64,000 bases of DNA from Eledone cirrhosa (lineage: Eukaryota): positions 368,404,001 to 368,468,000 of the forward strand of contig OZ024740.1 of the NCBI GenBank assembly GCA_964016885.1, given 5' to 3'. Both the position numbers and the translations under genes were made by a program. Below the pieces are notes generated by a model. The model did not search any database, had not been told where the DNA came from, and saw only the letters and a program-made list of their open reading frames with translations. Each line of letters opens with the position of its first letter. Within the stretch, counting starts at the first letter, position 1. This document shows, in pieces, positions 29,752-42,878 of the stretch.

Positions 29752-30013
29752 GAGTGAAAACCTACACGAATCAGCTGTACAGGAGGTTTTATTCCAAGTA
29801 TCAACAAATATTACATTAGTCCGGTGAGTCTATAAACCGCTATCCGCTGAATGACGTGGCACTCGATTTGAGTTGACACCCAAACAAATTCTCAAAATAC
29901 TGATTTGGTGATACAGTGCGTTAGTGTTTATAGTTACATGAACGTTAGAATTATCCTCGACAAAAAGTACTCATAACTTCTACTCGGTTTGCCTTAAACA
30001 ATACCTCGTTCAG

Positions 30014-30066
<53 letters not shown>

Positions 30067-30067
<1 letters not shown>

Positions 30068-30627
30068 TTTCTGAATTTGTTTAGCAAGATTCTTTATCTG
30101 AAATCGTGTGTTGAAACTGATATTGTTATACTTTGGGAGGGTCATGTTGCCAATAAGAAACACACGCACCAGTTACTTTCACTTCAATTTAATATAATAA
30201 ATTTATAAATTTAGGAATTTATAAATTTATAAAGTTCTGGTTGGTTGGTTGGTTCCACAACCAGATAGTTGTTTATATATTGTCAAAGTTCTTTCGTCAC
30301 ACATTATGTGACCTCTTCAGTGACTGGGGATTCTTTTCTTTGTTTTTGTGCCTCTTCTTTGTTCTGCCCTACGCCATTTTGTTTCTGAAACAAAATGGCG
30401 TAGGACAGAACAAAGGAGAGGCACAAAAACAAAGAAAAGAGGTCACATAATGTGTGACGAAAGAACTTTGACAATATATATAAACAACTATCTGGTTGTG
30501 GAACCAACCAACCAACCAGAAATTTATAAATTTATAAATTCCTAAATTTATAAATTTATTATAATAAATTGAAATGAAAGCACTGGTGCGTGTGTTTCTT
30601 ATTGGCAACATGACTCTCCCAAAGTAT

Positions 30628-30636
<9 letters not shown>
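30067..30636. mobile_element. TA-flanked palindromic HHR element (arms ~30120-30385 and 30387-30636)
   Basis: Apex ccattttgtttc-t-gaaacaaaatgg; relatives at 59971-60210 and 61641-61822. Confidence 0.88.
30282..30324 (-). ncRNA. Minimal hammerhead ribozyme
   Basis: Minus strand GTCA-CTGAAGA-g-GTCACA-taatg-TGTGAC-GAAA-gaa-CTT|TGAC; the mirror arm has lost the CTGA-containing segment by deletion. Confidence 0.8.
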
Positions 30637-30714
<78 letters not shown>

Positions 30715-31194
30715 AACAAATCTTAGATATAATCAATACATATAAAATATATATTGGTAATATTTGTCAGTTCAAAGCTTGATAAACTCCTGTTTAGCGC
30801 ATGTGTAATATAAAGAATATATAAGTGGATATATCAATCGAGAAACACACCATAATTTAGTACATATATATAGAAAACATATTTAAATTTATATACAAAA
30901 TTCAATGCACACTCCCAGAGGTATAGCACAAATTTAACACCTAGGAGTATGTATTTAGTTACGTATATAAATTCAAATAATATTTGCTCTATATAAACAG
31001 GGGGTATGGTGCCTGGGCATGCTCCCATTTCCTAATAGATTATACTTTTTCTCCGCAAACAACCAAAATATCTATTTGTATATGAGGTGGAATGTATGTA
31101 CATGCTATGTTTACCGTATATCGAATTTTTTTTATATCTTTGATATTTTTTTTTTATATTTCGATATTTGATAATATATTATGTTAACTTTCAT

Positions 31195-32805
31195 GAGTGT
31201 CTTGTATGAGAGATTATGTATAGAGAGTTTTGTATGGTATATATGGAGAGGGTTGTTGAGAGAGAGTTGTGTGTAATAGACATTGAGAGAGGGGAGTATA
31301 CTGGTGACTGGTTTAGAGAGGGGATAATGAGTGTTGTAAAGTAGATATAGAGAGGGGAAAGTCTGGAGGTAATAGATTGAGTGAGAGGGATTGGAAGAGT
31401 ATGTTGTATATTAGATATAGAGGGAAGGAGAATTGAATGGTGATGGATAAAGTGAGATGATTTAAGAGAGAGTGTCGTATGGTAGATATAGACAGAGGGG
31501 GACTTTGGTGGCAATTGATATAGAGAAGGAACGTCTGAGATGAGACTTATATTAGATATACAGAAGAGTAGAGATTAATGTTTATTGATATAGAGAATTA
31601 TTTGTATTTGATATTGAGAAGAGGAGAGTTTGGTGTTAATTGATAAAGAAAGGGAGAATTGGAAGAGATGTCCGTCTTGTAGATATAGAGAAGGGGAGAG
31701 TTTGGTGTTAATTTCTATAGAGAGGTGAGTTGTAAGAGAGTTCCGGGTACTAGATAAATAGAGAGGGACAGTATAGTGATAATTGATGTAGAGAGGGTTA
31801 TTGAAAGAGTGTTGTATGGTAGATATAGAGAGGGGGAGAGTACGTTGGTAATGCGTATACAGAGGAAGATTCAGAGTGTTTTGTATGGTGAGAGTTGGAT
31901 AGTGTAGTGGTAATTAATATAGGGAGGAGGGATTGGGTGTGTGCGGCGTGGGTTGTAGATATATTTAGAGGGGAGATGTAGTATTGAATGATATAGAGAG
32001 TGTGTTGTATATTAGATATAGGGAGAGGGGGAGTTTGATGGTTGTAGATATAGGGGAGGCGGTTATAAGAGAGTGTCGTGTAGAGAGGAGGAGAATTTGG
32101 TAGTTATTGATAGAGAGAGATGGATTGGGAGAGATACGTGTAGATAGATATAGAGAGGAGAGTTTACTGGTGATATATTTAGTGATTGTGAGAGATAGGT
32201 GCATACCGATAGAGAGAAGGGGAGATATTGGTGGTAATAGTTATAGATAGGGGGATTATAAGACAGTTTTGTATCATAGATATAGATAGGGGGAGAGATT
32301 GGTATTAATGGATATCGAGAGAGGGATAATGAGGGTGTGCTGTGTGATAAATATAGAGAGGGGGAGCGATTGGTGGTAATTGATATAGAGAGAGAATTGG
32401 GAGATATTGTGGTATGGTAGATATAGAGAGTGGGACAGGGTAATGTTTATTTATATAGAGAGTGAGAATTGGAAGATATAGATATAAATACAGAGAGGGG
32501 GATTGCGAGAGAATGGAATCGATGTACGGAGGGGGATGTTTTGGTGGTAATAAATTGAGAGGGGGTATTGCGAATGAGTATTGTATATTAGATATAGATA
32601 GGAGGATAGTTGACTGCTGAAATATAGAGTTAGATGGATTGAGAGAGAGTGTCGCATGGTATATACAGAGAGGGCGAATTTGGTGGTAATTGATATAGAG
32701 AGGGGTGTTTGTGAGAGTGTGTTGTATATTAGATATATAGAGGGGGATAGTTTGATGTTCATTGATATATAGAGAGGGATTAAAGGAGAGTTCCTGTAGT
32801 AGATA
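31195..32805. repeat. Degenerate purine-rich minisatellite (roughly 60 bp unit)
   Basis: Recurrent gagagtgtcgtatggtagatatagagagggggagagtttggtggtaattgatatagagag-like units, C-depleted on the + strand. Confidence 0.85.
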
Positions 32806-33649
32806 TCAATATCAATAACTTACAATAAAATGTTGTTGCATGATACTTGGAGTTATGGCAATGCTAAGAATGGAGCCGAACAGGGCACCGTGATGGAAAA
32901 CGTTAGGCACTTAACTCAACGGATCACAGAGGGAAGGATTTGGTAAAGATGCTAGCAGAGAGTTGGAGTTTTTCTTAGGTTTTGTAGTCGGATATATATG
33001 TGCATGAGGGTATGTGTGTCTACACATGTATGCGTACATATGTGTATGCATGCATGTGTCTGTGCCTGCCCGTGTGTGTGTATATGTGTGTGTGTGTATG
33101 TGTAGGTACATACCCTGGAGTGTGAACAGACGTGTGAGATACCGAACCCAGCATGACTCCATTGAAGTGTGTCCGACGGGATATGGCTGATGACCCGTGT
33201 GGCAGTAAATAGTGACCGGAAATTAAGATGACGTAGAATAACAACAGCCAATGGCATGACGAGAGTGGAAGATGTTTTTTGAATGTGTTTTTTGACAATA
33301 ACACCCCAGTGAGAAAATTTGCTCCGAACGAACTGCCCGTGTTCGAAAGAACCTGCAGCAGTAGAATCAGTCAGATCCATACAGTGATCATGTCTCAAGC
33401 TACCTGCCGGCGAAACAATTGTAACACTGAATAAACTGAGTCAAGATGCATCACTGATTTTTCGTTTTTTTAAACTATATATATATATTTTACTAAATTT
33501 CCAATTATATTATTCTCCTAGATTTAATAATTAACTAATTAATTTAATTAGACAATTCTGTAGATTGGTTAATTATTTGTGTCTGTTTTATAACATCTAG
33601 TTGAGAGCTTATCATGATGATTAGCGGAAATTAAAATATTTCCTTTGTC

Positions 33650-33930
33650 TAATATTTGGAATGACCCAGCAAAAACCGGGGGTTATTTCCCTTGCTGGAA
33701 TTAACACGTGACAGCTATAGATACGATACGCCGCATTTAGTTCTATCGTTACTTTGGTAGAGTATTGTGTGTTAGATTTGCCTACCACAATGTTCGACTT
33801 GTCAAGCAATTTAAACGTATGTTATTACTCTATGGCCCTAACTTATCGAGTGCTTTGCTAACTCATCATGTCATATAAGTAGGCCTAATTTACTTGCAAA
33901 CCGCCAGAGTTTCGATTTTACTAAATTTCC

Positions 33931-33935
<5 letters not shown>
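33650..33935 (+). mobile_element. Dispersed TA-terminated repeat, same family as 40860-41075
   Basis: cgttactttggta...ccacaatgttcgacttgtcaagcaatttaaacgtatgttatta...tcgagtgctttgctaactcat matches 40860-41075 in reverse. Confidence 0.75.
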
Positions 33936-33982
<47 letters not shown>

Positions 33983-34829
33983 ATGTGTGTGCGCGTATGT
34001 TTATGTGTGTGTGAGTGTCATAGTATGTTTTTTTTCACGAGTGTATTCGTCCATGATTCTGCAATCATGTATGTGGATATATGTTAGTATACTAGATTTT
34101 ATGTATGTATCTTACAGATTTATGTGTTCTTAAAATAGTTTAACTGATGTAGGAGCTATAAACCTATTATTAACTTGTACTCGATCGTTTACGCTGGCCA
34201 GTTCCACTTTATATTAAGAAGCGAAAATCGAATCAATGCAAGTTAATTGAGTAACTATAAACACTGTTAATAATCACTTCGGCGTTAAACTATTTCAGCC
34301 TCAACAGTTTGATGACCTGCAGGTGAGATTTCATTTCATTAATCTTCCAAAAATATTTTTCTCCAATGCTGTAGCGTTTTGTGAAACCAAGTGCTTTAAT
34401 GGAGATTTAGTGCAGGACATTTGACATATAATCATACGATTCGATAATGCAACAACCAGTATACAATAGAAGAGAGCAACATCATAATTTATTTTCTTTC
34501 TGTCCCTTTCATAAACTCTATTAACCATAACATTATGTAAAGCTACTTGAATTTAAAGGCAGTGTTTAGTTACTTATGTCTCTGTTAGTAATTTTATGAT
34601 TTCAGTTGAATTATTTTTATTGTTTACATTTACTAAGTAACTGATAGCAAATATATAAGCGTTAGGAAAATAGAGTGGTTTATTTTGTTTTTGGTTTTGT
34701 GTTTTATGATTTTATGGAAAGTAATCTAGATAATACCTAAGCTTTGATTACTTTCTGTATGTCTTTTATATGTATATTGATTCCTGGTTGTGTAATTCAG
34801 TTTTGTCCTATTTTCATTGAAATGATTTA

Positions 34830-35722
34830 TGTTAGACGCAACCGACTGCAATTGATCCGGTTGGATTCCCATGCAAGACCCGTCGATTTCATTGATCTTA
34901 TTCAACCACATTGCCAGGTTTCTACCGCTGAGTCACCTGCCGGCTGGCTTTGCCCAATAAAACATGTGCAGCGATTCTTTCTTCAGAGATTTTAACCCCC
35001 TGTTCATATTATCGGTTTATGATCATTCAATTCGAAGTAGCAGTTCTATATGGAGTGAGAATCTAAGCTCCGAGATACGTACTCGATTGAGAAATATTTC
35101 TGCAAAGACCCTTTTGAGGAACCCCATTTCGACCGCTTTTATTCAAGGTCGTATTATTTCGTTCGTTACACAAGACAGTACCATAGGTTTGGCCTTATAC
35201 GAATACCGACTTGAAAACAGTGCGTTTGGATTTTACACCTACACATATCTCTTCTTCTGACGACCGAAACTTGTGACTTACTGCACCGGCTCCGGCAATT
35301 TTTGCACATACCTCAACGTCCTTTCTTCCATCACTTGCGAATACGACCGCAAAAATATCTTATTGCCCTGATGTCTATACAAATGCCATAGTATTCGTGT
35401 TTAGGTATATGGGTGTTTGACATCGCCATGCGTGTGTACTGACCCTTCTACTGTTCATATTCTTCATGGACAAAGTAACTTGCGCGGCTGGGTTGGAAGT
35501 AGCATCGAGACTGGTGGGTTTAGGATCAGTTGTATTTTGGGAAGACATGGTACTACTTAACTCGGCAGAGGTGATGTCCGTCAAGAATTTGATAGGTCTG
35601 CTGCCGGGTGATGCACGTCTGAAATGTGAATCAGTGCTGCCGCCGTCGTCTCATGGAAGATTGCGACAATCATTCTACATGTGAACGAAATTCCCCTTAA
35701 ATTAGGTCGATAAGTTCAAGTA
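34830..35722 (-). mobile_element. RTE-type LINE fragment with inverted 5' part (35365-35722 on +, 34830-35362 on -)
   Basis: + part: CVLTLLLFIFFMDKV, VFWEDMVLL, LHVNEIPL...KFKY; - part: AVVFASDGR, EMGFLKRVF; similar to 19410-20195 and 52050-52750. Confidence 0.75.
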
Positions 35723-36171
35723 TAATATTTATTATTTGTGTAAATGATAATTTTTTAAATACTGTTGGAAAACCTTTATATAGTCAGCCTCTAAAACTCT
35801 ACATTGAAGAGTCGGACTGATTCGAAAATCATAACAAGTAGAGAAAATCAGAGTAATATCGTCTAGTAGAGCAGTTCTGTAATATTACAGAGAAATATGC
35901 GTTTCAATGAAAGAATATATATATAGGTCAAATCTAAATCTATAATTAATAAACATATTTCTAATCTATACACATATAGACGACGTTAGTACATTAATGA
36001 ATTAATGTAAATAAGTGGGGTTTGATCGCTTCTACGGAGGCCTAGTTCTCGGCCCAATCTTCCGAGTTGTTTTTACAGGGCTTAAAGAGGTTTGTGAATC
36101 TGAGATGGGATTGCGTTGAATAAAATCATAATTAATTGATTATCCTTTATTTCATTTTACCATATATATTG

Positions 36172-36390
36172 GTGAAGGTGCCTGGCCGAGTGGTTAGAGA
36201 TGTGGATTCGCAAACGTGAGGTTGTGAGTTCGATTGCTGGACCGGGTGATGTTTTATGTCCTTGAGCAATACAATTTATTTCACGTTTCTCCTTCTACCT
36301 CGAGTTGCGACTGATAGAGAGAATTAGCAATTGAAAAGACCAACGGAAACATTGTTTCCTCGGTCCGATTTGACGAAAGTCGACCGAAAA
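36172..36390 (+). mobile_element. tRNA-derived SINE
   Basis: A-box tggccgagtgg, B-box-like gagttcgattgc, tgtccttgagcaa; sister copy at 43880. Confidence 0.82.
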
Positions 36391-36409
36391 GAAATATATA
36401 AATATACAA

Positions 36410-36972
36410 TCTATATATATAAAACTGTGGTTGTCTGTCTGTCTCTTAGAATCTCTCACGGAATTGCACCGAAATTGCTATACTTGTACATTGAGCCCTA
36501 GCGAAGACATCGGAAAAAAAATATTTCAAATTGACCCGCCCTATCTGACGAAATCGAATATAATGTATCGATTTTTGAGCGTAAGTGATCAGTTATTTCC
36601 CTTTGTTCTGTTTACATTGAGCGTCTGCGTGCAAAAATTAAAAAAATTACGCTGGCTTTCTCAGCGTTTAAAATGACATTAACACACTGCAAAATTCATC
36701 AGTTCGAACACTAAGCTTCCGTTTTGCTTCATTTCCATTTAAAAGCCTTTTAAAACAATATTTTTACTTGAAAACAAGTTTATTTAAAGACTACGTAAAA
36801 CAAGCAAATATTTCGTAAAAAAAAGCAAAAATTATATAAGTTTATTTAAAATATATGTATCTGTAAATTTCGTTAGGCGTGCAGACAGACTTTAAGCCAA
36901 AAAAGAAACTTAACATTGTAACTTTAACACAGCTACTGAGCGACCCCGAGCAACGCCGGGCTTTACTGCTAG
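36410..36972 (+). mobile_element. Non-autonomous Helitron
   Basis: A|TCTATATATATAAAA 5' end with (CTGT)n; subterminal hairpin cccg-agcaacgc-cggg; 3' CTAG|T; no TSD. Confidence 0.82.
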
Positions 36973-37037
36973 TATATTAATAAATGGAAACTATATTTAT
37001 AAAACTATATTTATTTCATAACTGATCTATATTATAT

Positions 37038-37098
37038 TTTAATCTGATGAAAGAGCACCATAATTTGCTATGGTGTCCTTGAAATATGTATAATGAAA
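37038..37098 (+). ncRNA. Hammerhead ribozyme inside a small palindrome (arms 36973-37020 and 37091-37140)
   Basis: CTGATGA-aag..CACCATA-atttgc-TATGGTG..ctt-GAAA-tatgt-ATA|atgaaataaa. Confidence 0.78.
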
Positions 37099-38536
37099 TA
37101 AATATGGTTTTATAAATATAGTTTCCATTTATTAATATATTGTATTTTTACTCCAAAAATGTGTTGAGTGCTTTATATCAGTTATTTGCTTGTTGTATCC
37201 CAACAAATTAAATATAACTTTTACATATATATAAATATATATATACATATATGTGTGTGTGCGTGGGTATGTGTGTATATACATACATATTGATATATGT
37301 AAACATACATTCATAAACATACACAAAATCACACCCAGAGTGATATACATTATGAGGTTATATTTAATATATTACTTTGAACTCATATAGTATGCATAAC
37401 ATAAAAAATTATACCTTTTAACTGTTATGTATAAACTCACATGTATTGTACAATAGATATCTGGATATGTTGCTTTAATCTACCTTGATTATTTTGCATC
37501 TGTGTTGATGAATATGTTACTTCATTCTTTTTGTTATTAGTCCGCTAACCTATTTGAGTAAGGTATATTTACTAAATTTTGTTTCATTGGAAATTTAAAG
37601 CATCTTTACTTAATAGTGTGAAAATGGATTTAGTTTCATTAGTGTCGTACGTGCAAAGACATATTCCCTGTCTTGTTAGTTGGTGTGTATACGGAGTTGT
37701 TTTATTACTGTCATAATATCAAATAATCTGGTACTGATGTCGGAGAAATTTATATCGATGATGGGACAATGGTGAAGTATAACGCGTTTTGATCGCTAAA
37801 CTTATCGAACATAGATGTAGTTGCTTAACGGTTCTAAGAGTAACTGTATTGATTCAGGTGTAATTAGTTTCAAAATTAATCCTGAAGTAATAGTAAAAAT
37901 ATATTTGAAGAACATTTTCCCATCACCAGGATACATCAAAAATAGAATCTGCAAAACATACATCAATTAGACAACGCAATATTTAGATGACAAAGTAAGT
38001 ATGAAAGAAGTAACTTTCCAGGCGGAATATGTTGTAGCCGACAAAAATATAGAATTCGTAACTCGTGAATCTACAATGCAGAAACATTTCAAGATAATAC
38101 AGTCCATGAATCAAAATTAATTGATATCATAATCATCTTATACTCACCTCTACAATAAGTGAGATGAAATATAGAGACATTTTCGATTTCAAATCAAATA
38201 ACTTGAATTATGACAGAGATGGCACATTGGGATTAAACCGTAGAATGTAGTAAGAATTTTGTACTTTAAGAATGTTCAATTAGATGATGTGAGTCGATCT
38301 TATTAGGGATTAAAATATTCTTATGAAGAATGTGCTAATTATAGCTAATTATACACGCCAACATTTGTCTCAATTTTTTCAGATTATAAAACCGATTTTG
38401 AAAGAAATTAGGAACATTAGTGTCTCAAATTTAACAAACGACTGGTACGGAAATATGAAATCTTTCACATAAATATTTCTGCTTTGAAATATACACTTCT
38501 ATAACCTTAAAAATTACATGAAATGAATGTGTATAT

Positions 38537-38570
<34 letters not shown>

Positions 38571-39170
38571 TTTCCGCCTTCTATAACTCTCTGTCTTTCT
38601 ACTCTCTCTCTCTCTATCTCTCTATCTCTCTCTCTTTCTACCCCCCCCCCCTCTCTCTCTTTACACTTCTGCCCTACATAAAAACACTCCATCTAGCTCA
38701 TTCTCATGATTTTGTAAATTTACAGCTGATTTTTTCTGTTCACTGTTCTTTGTAAATTTCGACTATTATCCTTATTAGTTCCAAAGCGCTAGCTCAAACT
38801 ATCAAATAATAATTTCAATATTCCTCTTATGGTGACCCACGAGCATATCTGTGTCGCATTAGATTATGGCAGTTATGCTGTCCCGATTGAGTATATATAT
38901 ATACGTCGCCTTGTTTTCCCGATATATGCTGCTGTTTTCATGTCCAGTGAATGATGTGTTTTCATCCCGAATAGCTATTTTTCTTTACATACTATTTATA
39001 CACTGCAAAGAAGAATCCTTTCTTTAAATCACCCGAAACTCTGATGAATCCCGCAAAGCAGCCGAAGAACGCGAACTATCATATGTTCACCTTCCCTGAG
39101 ATTTCTGTGTCCTTTGTTAATCACAAGTATTTGATAATTTCAAATAAAAATGATAAGTATGTATATATAT

Positions 39171-39228
<58 letters not shown>

Positions 39229-39230
<2 letters not shown>

Positions 39231-39419
39231 CAAATAGGGAGTGGAAGATACCAGGTCGACCATAACACACGGGTGTACTCAATACACAGTATTAGATTGG
39301 GCAATAAGAAAAGAGTCAAGAACCCGAGGGCTGAGCTTCGGCCGTTTCGACAGCTAGATTTTAACGATTCGGATCTAGGTGTCAAGACGAGGTCAGCCGT
39401 CGGGCTCCTGACACTGTTC

Positions 39420-39421
<2 letters not shown>
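39229..39421. mobile_element. TA-embedded fold-back element, family H, copy C (diverged)
   Basis: gaccataacac...gtactcaatac...cccgagggctgagcttcggccgtttcgacagctagat-loop-atctaggtgtc...cagccgtcggg. Confidence 0.75.
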
Positions 39422-39481
<60 letters not shown>

Positions 39482-39667
39482 TGATATATATTTATGGAAC
39501 TAAAAAGAAATTACTTCAAGCAGCCTACTTGTATTTAACTTTTACAAATCCTGCACGAATCTACCCTCATATATTATTCTAAACAGATTACTATTGTATT
39601 CATGAAATTAAGAATTATTATTGTTTCAGACAGAAAATGCACATTGTGTATATGTAAATATAAAATT

Positions 39668-39725
<58 letters not shown>

Positions 39726-39728
<3 letters not shown>

Positions 39729-40324
39729 ACAACTATAAATTGATTAACATATAAATAAACATGAATAATCACAGGAGAAAATGTTTACAAGTGTGTAAGC
39801 ACACATAGCTAGGTAGGTACCTAGAACTTCAAAAAATAGATACCTTATAATATGATTAATCTTCCCTGTATATATTCCATTGGATATAGATATATCAATA
39901 CGGCTCCTTAATTGTAAAGCTAACTCTGTTGAAAGGACTTGACTGTTGCTTCTAGTTGTCGATAACCCTATTCACGCCACTGGGACGAAGCTGGTATGAT
40001 GTGTGTATTTCTAGTAGATACAGTACGTGTTACTGGCCAGTCGCTGATTTGAACATAATGCGTAAACATAGATCGCTGGACTTCTTCGTTGTTGAAAATC
40101 CAAGTACCGGCATATGCCGTTTACCATTCGATTAATTGGTGAAATATATTTCTTTAATGGAATATATACAGGAAATATTAATCATATTATAAGGTATCTA
40201 TTTTTGAAGTTATAGTTAACTTTATTTAATTACCTACCTAGCTATGTGTGCTTACACACTTGTAAAAATTATCTCCTGTGATTATTTATGTTTATTTATA
40301 TGTTAATCAATTTCTAGTTGTTAT
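39726..40324. repeat. Inverted repeat (arms ~39726-39880 and ~40156-40324) next to a TA tract
   Basis: caagtgtgtaagcacacatagctaggtaggta pairs with tacctacctagctatgtgtgcttacacacttg; possible decayed HHR at ~40090-40152. Confidence 0.88.
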
Positions 40325-40449
40325 AAAATGCTCGGACCTATTCATTAGAATCTTAGAGATTATTTTGCGGGTGATATGGCGCATGCTTTTCTGGCATGAC
40401 ACCCACAATTCTGATTTAGATTAAATTCATTTTGATTTATCTTAATTTT

Positions 40450-40515
<66 letters not shown>

Positions 40516-40578
40516 TATATATACTATTATATATATAATATTAATATATATACATATATACATATATACATATATACA

Positions 40579-40725
<147 letters not shown>

Positions 40726-40956
40726 AAATGAAGTGATTCCGTCGGAGAGGTCCAGGAAAAAAGAGTGCTGTAAGTAGGTGACAAAGCTTAATAGTTATGT
40801 AATAAACAATATAAGATAAATATTATGTTGTTTATTACATAACTATATATATATATATAATTGGAGGCTTAGTAAAATCGAATGTTTGGCGGTGTGCAAG
40901 CAAATTCGACCAACGATATGAATGAGTTAGCAAAGCACTCGACAAGGGTAGGTCCT

Positions 40957-41072
40957 TAGAATAATAACATACGTTTAAATAGCTTGACAAATTCAACATT
41001 GTGGCAGGCGGAATCTAACAAATATTACCAAAGTAACGAAAGAACTAACAGGTTGAAAAAATTAAGTGGTTG

Positions 41073-41122
<50 letters not shown>

Positions 41123-41239
41123 CAACCGCTTAATTTTTTCAACCTGTTAGTTCTTCCGTTACTTTGGTAATATTTGTTAGATTCTGCCTGCCACAATGTT
41201 GAATTTGTCAAGCTATTTAAACGTATGTTATTATTCTAA
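40957..41239. repeat. Palindrome centred on a (TA)n tract
   Basis: ~118 bp arms 40957-41075 and 41120-41239 with few mismatches. Confidence 0.92.
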
Positions 41240-41244
41240 ATATA

Positions 41245-42447
41245 CACGAGTGTGTATGATTGTGTATAGAAGATTATATTAATAAGAGGAATTCCAACTT
41301 TGTCTGATTTACTCGTTTTATTTACAATCCTTAAAATATATATATAATGGTATTATAATGAAATAGTATGATAGAATATTAAATTCTAAGTGTTAATTGA
41401 ACAAGTACTTTCATGCTTTCGCAATTTTCAGGTTCATGATATGTGGTGACAGTCGAGTTTGCAATTTTCAACTGTAATGAGATGGGTAAATTTCCTACCT
41501 TTTATACATTTTATACAGAGAAAAGTGGCTCCAGAATACAAAGCCTTGTAAACTGTATTTCGACCAATCAGTGTGTAGTTTCACTGAATTACTACAGCTG
41601 ATTGGTTTAAGTGTCACGGCTGGTTGAGCATGCTAACGACCAATAGTCATACCCAACGTATCAAATGTTTTGCTTTTTGAAATGATGAAAATAGCATTTT
41701 CTATTAATCATCACCATCAACATCACTTTTATTATTATTATTATTGTTGTTGTTGTTGTTGTTAGTGGTCGTGGTCATAGTGGTAGTAGAAATAATACCC
41801 CTAGGCGTTATTATTGTTCATTTAGCTTGGGTTTGAATTTATCAATAAAATTCTTTTCTTTGATTTTTCTCTTGATTTCACTTGGGCTGTGTAATTTGTA
41901 GAATGGGAATATTATAAATATTCCCTGACCACATGTTGCCAGGTGGCCGCTTAGGGGTATCTGACGGACATTTGGGTCTCTGATTTGTTGACGGTGTACC
42001 CGTGCACGTTCCCATAGTGCATTTCCAGTTTGACCGACATATAGTTCTTCACAATTCGGGCATTTAATGCAGTAAATTAGATTTCTGTTTTTGCAGTTCA
42101 TATTTGCATTTGGGAATATTTTTCCAGTTTTTGTTTTCATATATTGACCGGCGTGTATGGATTGACATGTGCCGCATCGATTATCATTGCATTTAGATAC
42201 AGTGAATGATTGGTCTTTGTTGTTAAGGTCAAACTTTGCTTTTGTTAGCAATTGCTTCAAATTTTTTGGCTGTCTTTTACTAAGAGTCAAAGATCGATCT
42301 GTGATTAAGCCTTTTAATTCATTACTTTGAGCAATCATCGGTAGGTTTGCTTTGGCAGTGTTGAATATATTCTGGTGACATGGGTTGTGTGTCATTATAA
42401 ATGGTATGACCAGTTCTTGGTTTCTTCTTCCTTGGGTTGTTCTAAGT
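41245..42447 (-). mobile_element. Neptune-type PLE 3' fragment (GIY-YIG + 3' UTR + HHR)
   Basis: Coding remnant plus an HHR motif at 41398-41436 (TGAAC-CTGAAAA-tTGC-gaaa-GCA-t-GAAAGTACTT-GTTCA). Confidence 0.88.
41811..42395 (-). pseudogene. Open C-terminal part of a PLE ORF: Cys-rich linker + GIY-YIG endonuclease
   Basis: KRQPKNLKQLL, CNDNRCGTC, CKNRNLIYCIKCPNCEELYVGQTG, RARVH, KEKNFIDKFKPKLN; 5'-truncated at a TA tract. Confidence 0.92.
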
Positions 42448-42746
42448 TATATATATATATATATATATTTATTTATTAAAATAACAGATTAAAGTTTAAG
42501 CAAAGAATCGCTGCTTTCACCCTTAACGGGATCTTCTGAAACAAACAAAGTCAATCTGTAAACGCAGAAGTCGATATTTCAAAAAACGTTGCAACCGGGG
42601 GAAGACAGGAAGACGATACTTTGGTTCGTGGAAACGTTCCCTGGCAAAGAACGGGAAAAAAGGAATAATACGTCATTAATAGGATCGGTGAAAAACAATT
42701 ACGCGCAAAGACAGAACCACGTTTATGGTATAAAAGAGGTCGTAGA

Positions 42747-42787
<41 letters not shown>

Positions 42788-42841
42788 CATGTGCATATAT
42801 ATGTATAATATATATATATATATATGTCTTAGTATATATGT

Positions 42842-42878
<37 letters not shown>

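Noticed and set aside
31195-32805. CRISPR-like array
   Set aside because: Eukaryotic context, degenerate repeats without unique spacers, no cas genes.
36172-36245. tRNA gene
   Set aside because: A/B boxes are present but there is no complete cloverleaf, and it continues into a repeated SINE body.
39040-39075. ctgatga-containing HHR-like motif
   Set aside because: No properly placed GAAA and stem III.
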